This document shows, piece after piece, positions 14,272 through 27,698 of a stretch of DNA of 64,000 nucleotides. The DNA comes from Balanoglossus misakiensis (Eukaryota; Animalia; Hemichordata). Location of the stretch: positions 124,001-188,000 of the forward strand of contig CM082592.2 of the NCBI GenBank assembly GCA_040954595.2, given 5' to 3'. How positions within the stretch are numbered: the stretch's first letter is position 1; each line of letters begins with the position of its first letter. The position numbers and the translations under genes were made by a program. Under the pieces are notes generated by a model that saw only the letters and a program-made list of their open reading frames with translations, searched no databases and had not been told where the DNA came from.

Positions 14272-14370
14272 ATGTTTGTACGCACAGAATTACGCACATG
14301 CACATAAGATGATCGTCTGCCTTAAGTGAAAGATTACACAGTAATGCCCAAACTTTAAGTGCTGACTCAC

Positions 14371-14603
14371 CCTCTATATTAGTGTAGTATCCATCTTCAC
14401 AGACCTCTGGCTCCGACATACCATCATATTGGCACTTATACCCAGGGCAGGACAAGGCGTACAGTCTATACTTCCATTGTTGGCAAAATATCCCTGTCCG
14501 CATTGTGTTGGTGATGAGAGGCTGGCTGTTCCACACATGAAACCCTTGGACACAGCGTGCATGCTTCAGAACATGCTGAACTGTAACTTCCAACTGCGCA
14601 GTC
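14371..14603 (-). pseudogene. GCC2/GCC3 (ephrin-receptor-like) Cys-rich exon, two frameshifts
   Basis: DCAVGSYSSACSEACTLCP/KGFMCGTASLSSPTQCGQGYFANNGSIDCTPC/PGYKCQYDGMSEPEVCEDGYYTNIE. Confidence 0.8.
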
Positions 14604-14669
14604 CTGTAGGAGTGAAGACGTTAAATATTAGGGAGGTTTAGGAGCCCTCTAGCCAGCAAACTTCATCAA

Positions 14670-15883
14670 GGATGTACGCGCAGAACATAAACTGGAAACA
14701 CTGTGCGCCCGGTCTTTTTCCCATAGGATTACATTGATTATCACATACATAGCTCCGCATATACCATAGTATGACGTCAGACGTAGGTAAATTTGCACCA
14801 AGCGTTATTGTAATACCCATCCCTCTGACGTCACCAAACGGAACTATTTTAAACTTGTAAACAAAGTCCTCTTAGGGCGACAAAATTCAGTGCAATTGTT
14901 GGTTTTATTTCGATTTTAAAAATAATCAAAGATAAATAAAATGTTTCGTATGTGTAAATATGGACGATCGACGATTAGTTTTACCTGTGTACATTTTTAT
15001 CGCACCAACCGGCACCAAAACTATCGCAAGGTTGTCAGTGCTGAGCCAATGTCGTCGCGTTGTCGAACGAGCAACAGGTACAAAACTGAGTATTCGCAAA
15101 AATTTTGATGCGACGATTAGAGCAAAACGGTCTAGTCATGAAGCAAAAGGCATAAGAAAGGTTTCCTGCTCCAGTGAAACCTTGACGGACGATGAAATCA
15201 TGCTGACGCACGACAGACGGATCCTCGCCAAAACCAGAATCGTCCAGGTCGTGACCTGAGTCACCTGACAGATAGACCGCATAACATCGATCTTCAATTT
15301 TGCACAAAATAGTTACAAATTTTATCGCAACCACAAAGAGATTTATTTGAAAATCAAAATTAGCGGATCTATGTATGTGATAAACATATAATTCCCCCGT
15401 ATTCCTCACTCGTGTACCTGCGTCGCGAACTCTCGATTCCCAGTATAGAATGGCTCGGAGGGATACGGCCGCTATACGGGGAATCACTCGTCCGCGACGC
15501 AGGCACACTCGTTCGAAATACGGGGGAATTATATATAATAATCGCCAGAAAACAAACTTCTACTATTGTCATTTTCACGAAATTTTACACATAGCTCAGT
15601 CCAGCAAATATAAATTCATTGGTCAAATAAAATATAGGGGTCACCGTGCTCTTTTTTGAGATAAATTGCGTTAAGAATTTTGCCCATAGACAAACCGCTG
15701 GTGAAAAATGCTGAGTCAGCAGATTTCTTCTATTATCGACCAAATTCATGGCTCTGTATTTCAAAAACAAGCCCAGTGACCCCTATATTTAATTACGGAT
15801 TTTTATTATACATACAAAGGAGAATAAAAAAATCCACAATTAAAAAAAATGACAATACTTTCAATTTTACTGAACGTACATCC
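14670..15883. mobile_element. TTAA-targeting MITE (Kolobok/piggyBac-like) with nested hairpin element at ~14738-15540
   Basis: TIR GGATGTACG; uninterrupted inverted copy at 32037-32449. Confidence 0.75.
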
Positions 15884-16394
15884 TTAATGTTACTTATGTA
15901 GTGGAGCACCAAAACCCAAATTTTCATATCGATTGTGTATTTTGTGATAAAAGCACCAAACTTGGCTCAGACGTGTGTTAATGTGTACTGAACAAATTCA
16001 GATAGCGAGTCACTAAATATCTGTTAAAGAGTTTCCATGGCAACCAATTATTTTCAAAATGGCCGCCAATACAGATAATCACACCTGTTAAACACCAAAA
16101 TAAATTCAGATTACAATATTTGAAATAAGAAACTACGAAAAGAATGGTTTGCAATAGAACTATGGTTATTGAACAACAAATGTACTTATAAGGGTAACTA
16201 AGGGATCAAAACACAGGTGCAACTTTCAATCCCTGGTTCTCGCATTAGTATAGGTGCTCCCTCTAGTCAAACATTATGGCTAGTTGCGATATTTAACTTG
16301 AAGTACGTAAATTACACACACACGAATCGCAACAGTTAGCGAGTCACTAAATATCTATTGAAGAGTGACTATGCAACTTATTCAAGATCCATCC

Positions 16395-19300
16395 TATCCA
16401 CAATACGTGTGAACTTCCACTCTCTACATGGAATGTCCGCTCAGCTGGATGCAAATCATTAGACATTGCAGACTACATCACAGATAAAGACATTGATATT
16501 CTTGTACTCACTGAAACATGGTTGAAGGAATCTGGTGACGAACACGTAATGGCTGAATGCACACCACCAGGCTATGCTGTCAAACATCTACCTGGGGTTG
16601 GCAAGATCGGTGGAGGCTTAGCTTAAATTCATAAGCTAGCACTAAAATTAACAGCTTGGAAGCCTATTCTCTCTGTTAAACCCCGGTGCGGAAAGTCCTG
16701 GGGTTCGGATTAACGTGTGTTTGTATAGTTGTTTATTTGGGAGTGGTCGTCGTGCATAATGACTGTGTAATGGCTCTCATGTACACAGAAAATAATTGAA
16801 CACTTCACACTTCCACGCGATTGACAACTGTTTCAATGGCGTGGTTATTGTTTCCCAGGGACGCTTCTGAAAAGCACTGAAACCAGATTTCTCCCAAAAT
16901 CATCGTTGTTTCATAAGCTCGTGTACTTTTTCGTCGATAACTGTATGTTGTGTGTGTTTATAAAGCCAACTACTGTCGTTGTGTGGTGGAATTCTTTATG
17001 CTTGGACCTGTTTGGGCCGATTTTCATAGAGCCAAGATCGTTGGTGTTGTCTGTTGTCAGGCAAACGGCATTAAGATTCGCCACTGATTTGGGGGGTCTT
17101 TTATACGCCGCACCGGGGTTTAAATCTTTTGAGGCAGCGGAAGCAACTATTCTTCACCAGAAACTTTCCATGAAAATAATTCTTGTCTTCTGTCCACCAC
17201 CATCAGTTAAGAATAAGTTCACTGCACCACAGTTCATGGAAGAGTTCAGTACAACACTTGAGAAGTATGTCACCTGCTCAAGTAATCTCTTCATCGTAGG
17301 AGATTTCAATATTCACCTAGAAGATGATAAGAATCCAGTAACACAGAAATTCAATGGAATCATCAGGGCCTGTAATCTGAAACAATGGGTCCAACAACCA
17401 ACACACAGAAAGGGTCATACTCTTGATCTCATTGTATCTAACTCTGCGTCTAACATCAAGAGTGTCTATGTAGACTGCTTGGAACTCTCTGATCACAATC
17501 CTGTCAATGCAAAACTTGCTCTTCCGAAACCAACACACAGTAGACGTCAAATATCTTATCGTTGTATCTGCCATTTCAATTGATAGTTTCAGCCATGATC
17601 TCAACAAAATACATCACATGTCCTCGCCTCCAAACACTTCTCCTCAGCCATATCAGCTTATAACCAACACGTCAGTGAAGTTCTTCAAGCCAACGCACCA
17701 CTTCAAAAGCGTACAGTGATCATACGTCCAGGTACCAAATGGTATACTCATGAAATCGACATTGCAAAAATGAATAGACGGAAGGCTGAACATCTGTGGC
17801 GAAAAACTAAGCTGGAGATTCATCGTCAGATATATCAACATGAGTGCAGAAATGTCAGTCACTTAATCAGAGCTACCAAAAAGTCATACTTCTCACATCT
17901 AATTGAGGAAAAGTATGGTAACCAGAAGTCACTATTTCAAATCATATCAACCCTGGCTGGCAAGCAACAAGAAAAGACTCTACCTGACCACACTGCTAAA
18001 ATAGACTTAGCAGAGACATTCAGTAAATATTTCATCGCTAAAATCATGTCTATCCGTTCCAGCCACGACATGGTAAACCCTACTTCAAAAGATTACCAAT
18101 TTCTGCACCCAGCAGTCTCATCAACACTTCCTGAATTCCACACAGCTAAAGACGAAGAAATCAGCACAGTTATCTCTGGCTCTCCATCTAAAACATGTGT
18201 ACTTGATCCCATCCCTACAGCACTTGTTAAGCAATGTCTTGGTAATCTGCTCACTATCATAGCCACAATTATCAATTTGTCACTCAAAACTGGAACTGTT
18301 CCTGAATAACTTAAAATAGCAGTCATCACACCAATATACTCAAGAAACCTTCGCTCGACAAAAACATTTTCAAGAACTATAGACCTGTTTCAAACCTAAC
18401 CGTCCAGTCAAAAGTAATCGGGAAGATTGTAGCACAACAATTGACATCATATTTGACTACCAACTCACTACAAGAACCACTGCAGTCAGCGTACCGAAAG
18501 GATCACAGTACCGAAACAGCACTTACTAAAGTCAACAACGATATTTGTATGGCACTGGATGCCGGTAAATATGTACTCATGGTTCTCCTCGATCTCTCCT
18601 CTGTGTTTGATACCATAGATCACGACATACTCATCTCAAGGTTATCAAAACTGGGCATCACCAACATCCCACTACAATGGTTCTCATCATATCTTAAGGA
18701 CAGACAGCAGTTTGTATGGCACAATGTCAGAACCCCAATATCTACAATATGGAGTACCACACGGTTCAGTGCTTGGACCACTTTTGTTCTGCAGCTACAT
18801 CCAACCACTTGCTCAACTTATTTGTCACCACAAAGTCAATTTTCACCAATATGCCGATGACAACCAACTATACCAATATTTCTTCCAGTTAGACACCATA
18901 AGTACATTATACATTAGACAAGATGGAAAGGGCAGTTCACGAAATAAAAACCTGGATTACACATAATAAACCTCAACTCAATGGTGGCAAAACCGAAGTA
19001 CTCCTGACAAGGTCTCAGTTCAACCGCTCGCCTCGTCCCATAAACCACATGAGCATTGGATCATGTTGTGAATTGTGAATTCTGCACGGAATATAGGTGT
19101 GACATTCGACGACAATTACACTTTCAATAAGCACATTAACGCAATTTGCAAGTCAATTTTCTTCCATCTGCGTCAAATCAGCCACATTCGCCGTTACCTC
19201 ACTAAGTAAGTTTGCCAGATGCTGGTTCATGCTCTAATCACATCAAAACTGGACTACTGTAATGCAATACTCTGTGGTTTACCATCATCATGCATTCAAC

Positions 19301-19785
19301 CGCTACAGCATGCCCTGAATTCTGCAGCCAGGATCGTTTCTCGTACCCGTAAAACGGATCATATTACTCCTGTTCTCATGGATTTACATTGGTTGCCTGT
19401 ACACTATAGAATCCAATACAAGATCTTGCTTATGACATATAAGGCATTAAACAACACAGCACCAACTTACATCTCTGACTTAATCCATCTGAAAACTTCA
19501 ACAAGACTTCTTCGTTCAAATGACAAATTTCTACTTCATGTACCATGGAGTAAGAAGAAAACGTACAGCGATCGTGTTTTTTCGTATATCGCCCCACTCA
19601 TTTGGAACAGTGTCCCAATAGAGGTATGCTAGTCACCTAGCCTTGACAGTTTCAAGAAACACATCAAGACTTATCTGTTTAACAGAGCCTATTAACAGTA
19701 ACTTTACATTGTAAAGCACTATTGAACACTATTGCAGTGGAGTTTGGTGCTCTATAAGTCCTTTTGATTGATTGATTGATTGATG
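16395..19785 (+). mobile_element. Decayed L2/CR1-group LINE ORF2 (APE endonuclease + RT) with (TTGA)n tail
   Basis: Motifs [77 protein letters not shown]; several stops and frameshifts. Confidence 0.93.
16680..17119. mobile_element. MITE inserted in the LINE; second (inverted) copy at 43697-44146
   Basis: TIR ACCCCGGTGC, TTAA flanks; removal restores LINE frame LSVKSFE. Confidence 0.85.
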
Positions 19786-20770
19786 AACAGTTTACCACCT
19801 TAGCTAAACACATAAACAGATCACCGATACGTCCGAATAGCGCGTGTATGAGGGCTTGGCTAACTTGTGACCTCAGTAACGATCATGTGAAAATGTCCAT
19901 TTTGTTTGGTCGGGCATTGATTCTTGTCGGCAAAAACTGCCATAGGAAATTATAAACTTAAGTCAAATTGCTGAAACAATAAATAATAGTCCATGTGTCT
20001 TGATACTTCAGATCATGCATCGGTTCGACTCTGTCTGTAGTCGGCTACCCAAATTTATTGGGAAGTTCGGCCTTTTACACATTAATACGTGTGGTTTTCG
20101 ATCATATCCTACCGGTCTTATTGGTTGACATTAATTTGGCAGTGTGCTATAAGCATATTACATCCTACATCAAACCAAAATAAAGCTTGTGATACTTTGA
20201 CCATCAGTTTTTGTTTACTTTTAGTCGCTAGTGAAATTCAAGCTCAGTAATAACTTTACAACTAACTTATTAGGGGCCCAAGCCCCTATGGGCGGGGCCG
20301 CTATTGTTATTACTGGGGTTTTTAGGGGCCCAAGCCCCTATGGGCGGGGCCCCTATTGGTATTGCTGGCATTTTTCTTCTTCTTGGGCACTTTCATCGGC
20401 CACTAGGATCTTGAAAACGGCTTAACCTACAATTCTCAAACTTGGCACAATGATGCAGGCCAATGAGATCTGGTGCAGTACGTTTGTGAATGTTAAATTA
20501 GTCACGTGACCTGATGACCATATAAGGGCGAAATTTTCAAATTGCTCTTATTTGCATAAAATATCACGAATCACAATTATTTTAAGATGCTTTGTGAACC
20601 ATATTGCCATGGTCCTACATGCCAAATTTCATGGTCCTAGGGTATGCCAATTTTGAGAAGAAGATTTTTGATCATTATATTTCATATTTTTTTATTGACC
20701 ATGGGGGGTCTGGACCAAGGCATAGGCTTTACTATACCTGCATAGTAAAGCTATGACAACATCGTATTTA

Positions 20771-21401
20771 AATAATAACACATGTTAGCGAGGGCAATAT
20801 CATGATCTTTGGCCTGCACGAGGGATGGTGATCTCTGACCATAATAATATTGATGATGCCCGAGCCACAGGAAAGGGCATCATCAGTATTATGGTCAGAG
20901 ATCACCAGGGTTAGGGTTATGTGTTATTAATTTTATTAAACCGAACATTTGACCATACACAGCATAGAGGGTTGCGTCCATTTCGTATGATGCAGGTTGC
21001 AGTGAACTAAAATATCTCGCTGTACAGTGTACCTACTTCGAACTCAGATAAACCGCGATGTTGGTTGCGGCTTTGGTGTATTTGCTGTCCATTTGCGGTA
21101 AAATATCGTCCAGTTAAACAGGTGTTAATCCTGTGTGTCGCTTTGAAGCCATATATGCGGGAGTTGACTGATCGTGAAGGAAGCCATTGAACGACAGTTT
21201 GTTATGCGCAGAAAAGATGCGCAGAACCTAAAACCTGTTCTCAGCCGGCAATATACTCTCAGCGCACGCGTATCTCCGGCCCGTAGCCCCTACCTACGGG
21301 CCATAGACTCTGTCAACCATGCAATATCACGTTTTTTTCTATGTCACGTGGTACGGTTTCAACCAATCAAGACTACAGAATACAGAGTGAGGTGTAATAA
21401 T
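20771..21401 (+). mobile_element. Crypton-like non-autonomous hairpin element (same family at 41426-42086)
   Basis: Long 5' palindrome centred on CCGAGCC.CAGG, CCAATCA near 3' end, TAATAA ends; superfamily call is inference. Confidence 0.55.
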
Positions 21402-21518
21402 CAATTATTAAGGACCCAATGAACAAACCTTAAACTTGGCACAGTGGATGGGGCAATGAGTGGACATGTACCTAACCTGTGAATGTATAATTAGTCACGT
21501 GACATGATGACAATATAA

Positions 21519-22628
21519 GGGACTGTCCAGAATTTACTTCCAGGGGGGGGCTGGAGGATTTTCAGGGGGGGCCACCCATTTTCCCCAAGAAAAATTAGGG
21601 GGGGTCAGACATAAAAATCACAATCCTTTAGGGGGGGGGCATGTAAAAAACCCTCACAAACTCAATATTTGCCCATAAGTACTGATTTATAAGAAACAAA
21701 CCACCATGGCTACCTGGATGACAGATGAACTCCGCAAGTGCATTAAATCTTCATAAGCTTGAATTTCCGGTAATTTTTACGGTGGGTTATTTTGTATATC
21801 TACAACAGTTTCTTGTTCTACTCTGTGAAGCATAATAAAATGCCCAGTATTTGGCCTGCCAGCACAGACCATAAATGTACAGTGAACAGTCAGTGTTGTT
21901 ACTGTTGACGAGTTCAATTCAACTTTCAAGTCCAGACTAGAATTCGTTAATTTTCTCATCAATCATTCATATATGTATATAAAAAGTTAATTTGCTTTTG
22001 GGTTCATTAAAATGCAGCTTTGAGCTCTGTATTTTATAAAATTTTCTTACAGGGGAGGGGGACACCCCCTCCCAAACCCACCCCTTCACTTCTCGGTTTA
22101 CAATATCTGCCAACACAGAATACAAATACTTAACAAATATAAACAATGTTCAGTTTTAATATCCACTGATGAGGATAAACATCAGTTTCAAATTCTTTTC
22201 ATGGGAGCGCTGTTTTTCTTTTTTTACAAGATAGATAGGTGATGTGTATTGCTGTGTGAAAGAAAATGGGGGGGGGGTGGGATTTCAAAAGTTTAAGCTG
22301 TTCGGAAGGGGGGGGGATTGAAAATATTTCGGGTTGTGTACGGGGGGCATGTGAAAATTAACGGTAAAAAAAAATTAATTCTCCCCCCCCCCCTTCCAGA
22401 GGTGTTTGTAAATGCAGCCTTATCAGACTGTATGTGTCGTAGTCTGTACCAGTAAGCATGCATGTATATATTGGGGGGGGGGGGGTCATGGAAAAAAAAC
22501 AGGAAATTTACGGGGGGGGGGGGCCACAGATTTCCTCCACAATTTACAAGGGGGGTCCATGGAAAAAAATCACCAGGAAAATAAGAAATCCTCCAGCCCC
22601 ACCCTGGAAGTAAATTCTGGACAGTCCC
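21519..22628. mobile_element. PIF/Harbinger-type G/C-run-rich MITE
   Basis: TIR GGGACTGTCCAGAATTTACTTCCAGGG, TAA TSD; sister repeat units (20520, 22781) show the empty site TATAAGGGC. Confidence 0.85.
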
Positions 22629-23040
22629 TAAGGGCAAAATTTACAAATAAACTATGACAACACCATATTCAAGCATGAAGGACTCAATGTACAAATTTTA
22701 ACCATGGCACAGTGGACGGGGCCAATGAGGAGACACGTGCCTAATCCGTGAATATATAATTTGTCACGTGACATGATGACCATATAAGGGCCAAATTTAC
22801 AAAAAGGCTATGACAACATCGTATTCAAGCATGAAGGACTCAATGTAGCAATCTCAAACTTGGCACTGTGGATGAGGCCGTGTGGATGTGACCCCAACAA
22901 TTAATAGTTAATTAGTCATGTGACCTAGCCATAGGCCTATACCTGTACAGTGAAGCTATCACATCTATTATGGCATTCTGGTCTATATTATAAAGGTCCT
23001 GGACAGCCAGTGTTCACTGCAGCTTGCCATCGATCACCAT

Positions 23041-23887
23041 CAGTCCCTGTTCACTCCTTAAATGGAGACGTACTGCGCATGCTCAGAAATAAATTTGCAT
23101 TTCCCGCAAAGTTCGCAAGTGAGTATCATTCGCTGATTTGTTTACACGTAGACTTCGGTGATTTTCGACCCTATGGAGCGGCAACTTCGGAAAATTTCGA
23201 AGTGTGACGTTACCAGCACATTCCAGAAGACAGCATGGCATCGTCTGTACAAGTTGAGTGAAATACTTAGAAAGATATCGCCACATACAGTGACCGATCT
23301 GCCTGGGCTGCGTTCATGTTTTTCTCTTGAAATCATGGACAGTGTTATACACCTCTGTATCAATGCTGTTTTAGTGACTTTTTCACACCCGTTCTTTTTG
23401 TTTTGAGTGAATAGGATACTCAACTAACTACTGCTGGACAATGGGTGTGAGTTCCATGGCTCTCACATGATGGGGTAATTTGGGGTAACATTTTGAAAAT
23501 ACCATGTCATTTTCAGAATGCGGTTACCGTGTATGTACATGTGAACAGTAATACATGTACATCTGTAGGTCGGAAATTTAGATCGGGTATACATGTCTGC
23601 AGCATCTAACACTCAAACTGCAATATTGTCAAACATGTGTATTGTACACGATATACTACATGTAGTAATTCTATTAGATTTAGTCTGCATTGGTCAATAT
23701 AATATACGGAAACTAAATATGTCGATCGGATTTGATCTTTCACAGGTCCAGCTGTGGTTGCGCAGAACACGTCTCCATTTATGGAGTGAACAGGGACTGC
23801 TGTATGCATGTGCACATCTGATTCACGAGGTTACACGTACTGCGGTTGCGCAGAACACGTCTCCATTTATGGAGTGAACAGGGACTG
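23041..23887. mobile_element. MITE with duplicated right TIR
   Basis: TIR CAGTCCCTGTTCACTCC; right TIR ends at 23799 and again at 23887; ACCAT flanks the outer ends. Confidence 0.75.
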
Positions 23888-24554
23888 ACCATGGGGCCGA
23901 AATGAGAAGCCAAATTTCGGGTGACCCCTTGACCTTTGACCCACCTTGAAAAACACATATCTACTTCTACGCTAACTAATACATCTAGGGAGCTGATTTT
24001 TGGTGGACAGGTACAACTATTGGACCAAATCATTTCGCCGCAATGTCATGGACCTTGGTGACCGTTGAACTATATATAACATAAATGCTCATAAGTACGT
24101 AACTATTAGACCGACAGACTTCATATTTGGTGGGATGAAGCATACACATGTACTTGTTACCCCTTGACCTTTGACCTAATTAATTATGTGCATACCTAAT
24201 TCTAGGCTTACTAATAGGCTAGATGTTTTGTTTCGGTTGGACATGGACAAGTGTGGGGTCCAATTTTTTCCATAAAATTTTGGGTGACCTCAGGGGATCT
24301 ACTTTCTCATATCTCGGCCTCCAGAGCAGGTACAGCCTTAGCATTTCGAGGGATGGGACTAAAATGAAAAGCCGAATTTTGAGGTCACCTGTACAACTGC
24401 TTAACTCATTAATTATGTGTATACCTAATTCCAGGCGAAACAATAGGGCTGAAGGTTTGGTTTCTGATGGACCTGGACCAGTATCGGGTCAAAAATGTTT
24501 GCCCAAATTTCGGGTGACCTCAGATGAACATTTTGGCTTGCAGCTATATTTTAA

Positions 24555-24839
24555 CCCTAATGCTACTAGGTGTCATACCTGTTTAGAGTGTCAAGTCCCT
24601 TAAAATATGTGTTTGCCATGTTCTTCCTAAACGTATTTTGACTGTCTTGCCATGGCTCTCATATACACACTTGGCAGTCTAAGCCCCCTTAAATGTACTA
24701 AATCGTACTGGTTTGCCTGGTTTGGTTTGAGGGTCTAGTATAGGCCCTACTGCGTAACACGCCCTTGGCAGCCTAACAGGCCTGGGAGCCAGGATTCTAG
24801 GCACCCTGGATATCAAACTGACTTGGCAGTGTTATAGGG
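24555..24839. mobile_element. piggyBac-like MITE
   Basis: TTAA-CCCTA...TAGGG-TTAA. Confidence 0.7.
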
Positions 24840-24859
24840 TTAAAACTATGTATAATCAC

Positions 24860-26105
24860 ATACTAGATGTTTGAAAAATGGCAATGTCTTCTCTAAAGGT
24901 TATCCATCCAAAGGGATCTGACAAGGGTGTCCCCTTCATTTTTTGTTTGTCATAGCAATTTTCGCGACTATTATATTAGATTTAGGGTTGACTATCTGAT
25001 CTAGACAAACTAGCAGCGTGGGCCAACAAATGGAAAATGTCTTTTCATCCACACAAATGCTCTGTTCTGTCAGTAACAAGGAAACGTTCAATGATAATTA
25101 ACCAGTACAGTTTAAACGGGAAGATAATCAAACACAGCTCATCCGAAAAGTATCTAGGGTGCACACTGACAGCTGATCTTGATTGGCACCAACATATTAC
25201 TTTAATATGCAACAAAGCAAACAAAACACTTGGTTTCCTCCGTAGAAATCTCAACATAGGATCAACATCGGTGAAAGAGAAGGCATACACAACACTTGTA
25301 AGACCACTATTTGAATACGCCTCCACTGTTTGGGACCCATATGAACAGACTGACATAGCTTTGTTAGAAAAACACAAAGACGCGCTGCACACTACGTGAC
25401 TGGCAGATTTCGAAATCGCTCTAGTGTTGACAACATGATAAATACCTTACATTGGACATCATTAGAACAACGTAGAAAAGAAGCCAGACTATCGATGCCA
25501 TATAAAATTTCAACAGGAACTGTTGCTATGAACAATCTTCAGCATCTCCAACCCCAGCTAAGACTCACTAGACACATGCATATAGTAAAAGTTATAAAAT
25601 TCCCAAATTCAAAACAGACTACAGAAAATATTCCTTCTTTCCAAGAACAATCAAAGACTGGAATAGTATACCACCAGACATCATATCTGCAGGGTCACAT
25701 GAATCCTTCAAATCTTCTTTGGCACTATACTTCACCAAACCAGAAAACTGACATTTTTGATGTCCTCTACTAGGGTGCACTCACTGGCAAAGCCTTCAAT
25801 ATGTTGAAGTTGGCCAGTAAGGTAGATAGATAGATAGACTAAAAGATAAATGGTGTCTACGATTCCAAACACATAAAAATTACACCAGTTGTGGATGACA
25901 CAACATTATTTTATTTGATGAGAGTAGTGTTCATCATGCCATTAATATTGTCAAAAAATGTGTTAGTTTTAGAAACCCAACTAAATACACGAAAAGTTGG
26001 GCTTTAGATTGGTTAACTGAAAATCAGGCTGATTGCAATTTTTCGGATGCTCCCAACAAGTCACTTGGAATGTACTTTCATTCTAATAATTTATTAGCAT
26101 GGAGT
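24860..26105 (+). mobile_element. L1/Tx1-type RT remnant interrupted by a CR1-group 3' fragment (~24995-25838)
   Basis: GI*QGCPL and VDDTTLF remnants flank DLDKLAAWANKWKMSF...EKYLG...LGFLRRNL...LVRPLFEYASTVWDPY, which ends in (TAGA)n. Confidence 0.75.
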
Positions 26106-27372
26106 AATCTTATTTTTTACCATAAGGGTGGAACCATGATTCATAGTCAAGAGGGGTCTGGTACCAATATTCATAATGGTCTTCGATACCGGCAGGCATG
26201 TATAGCCTATGGCTACGCCCAGCATGAGGTGGTGATTCATACTGTTGGTTGTATGGACTAGCTGGGTTCGGTGTGGGCCTCATTGAATATGGGGGTGCAG
26301 GTGGCGTAAAATATCTGGTAAACCCTTCCAGTTCATATTGATGGAACGTCCCTGCAAACTCTCCAGGATAATGGTTCTGATCGCATCCCCTCTGTACTGC
26401 ACGTGGCAAAAGTGTCGAAATTGTCCCTATCCCATGCCTCCCCATAACTGAAAACATCCTGTCCCCAAGGCCCTCCTTCACCCAGACTTGGATCATACCT
26501 TGATCGGAAAGTGAGTATGGGCATGGGTTCAAGGGCATCATTTTCCCAACACCAATAAGAAAGTGTGGGTTGAATCCCCTCCTTCCCACGAATGCTATGT
26601 GATCTGTTGTTGTCATATTCGCCTGCCCTAGGACAAGGAGGGCAACTTCTTTTGGCATTTACCCCCATGGCTCCTATTGTTACCACTCATAAAACTGTCT
26701 GATGAATAGTCAGTACGGGGGAATTTTCCGTTTTTGTGTCATACACAACTTTTTTATGAAAATCTGGTGTCAACCTAAGGTGGGGCATGTCCCGGGGGCA
26801 CATCTTTCAACATGCCAGGTGTAACCTTACCAAATTTGTTTCTAAGGGCTACCTTTTCCCTTACCCCTGGTTAGTTCTCAGGGTCCTAGTGTCACATGTA
26901 TTGATATACACTTTGTGATTGGAGGTCATCCTGATCGAATCGAAGGTGGCTCGCCAATCAACTCAAGAATTAAAGGGACAAAGTCTCTCTCTCGCTGCCA
27001 TTTTCCCATTAATTATGTTTGTTATCACATGAACTGGCCCGTATAGCCACGTGTGTGACATAGAACATGGGATTTAATGCTTACTTAAATCCAGTATTGC
27101 TATTTTCATGTATAAACAAAAAATCAAATGGCTCCATCAATAGAAATTATATTCCGTGGTCAGATAAAATCATATGGTCACCATGTTTAATTTCATTGAA
27201 TGGCTCAGCTCATAGAACAGCCTCATAATTCATAAACTAGAACAGCGACACAAATTTTCAAGCAGATCTTGATTACACTTGTAGAGAAAAACAAAAAATC
27301 TACATATTGAAAGAAATGGTGATACTTTGAACTGTATAAATTATTAACCCAAGACAATAAATCAAAACTTAC

Positions 27373-27497
27373 TTTGTTCACAAAGGTCACCAGTGTAACA
27401 ATTCTGACAGAAACATGTGTACAGTTCACATGATCCAGATGTCATCTGGCAGAAACCACTGTTCAAGCACGGATTGGGATCAGATATTGGTTGATTC
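27373..27497 (-). pseudogene. 8-Cys EGF-like exon, frameshifted
   Basis: GINQ/SDPNPCLNSGFCQMTSGSCELYTCFCQNCYTGDLCEQ; donor gtaagt, acceptor weak. Confidence 0.78.
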
Positions 27498-27698
27498 CTG
27501 GTTTTCAATACACAAGAAAGTTGGGACGATGAGCAATGGGGCAGAGACTGATCATCAAAAATTTGAGACAGGGAATTCCAACAAATGAGATCATTAAGTT
27601 AAATATGCAAAGCAAATCAGAAAAGAGAATCAGAAGATTTTCTCTGAAGGACACCTTGCAAATTCATGATTGGAAAGACACTGCAGTCACATGTATAT

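Larger units (their letters stand above)
20269..24552 (+). mobile_element. Composite HINE/Helentron-type element with doubled 5' end and three nested insertions
   Basis: TTAGGGGCCCAAGCCCC...GGGGCC 5' hairpin twice, (TTC)n, satellite unit at 24170-24530, remnant GCTTGCAGC-TATATT 3' end. Confidence 0.65.

Noticed and set aside
16906-17119. Hydrophobic N-terminus of the 225-aa ORF (also ORF 43542-43988) as a membrane protein
   Set aside because: It is MITE sequence read in frame with the LINE endonuclease.
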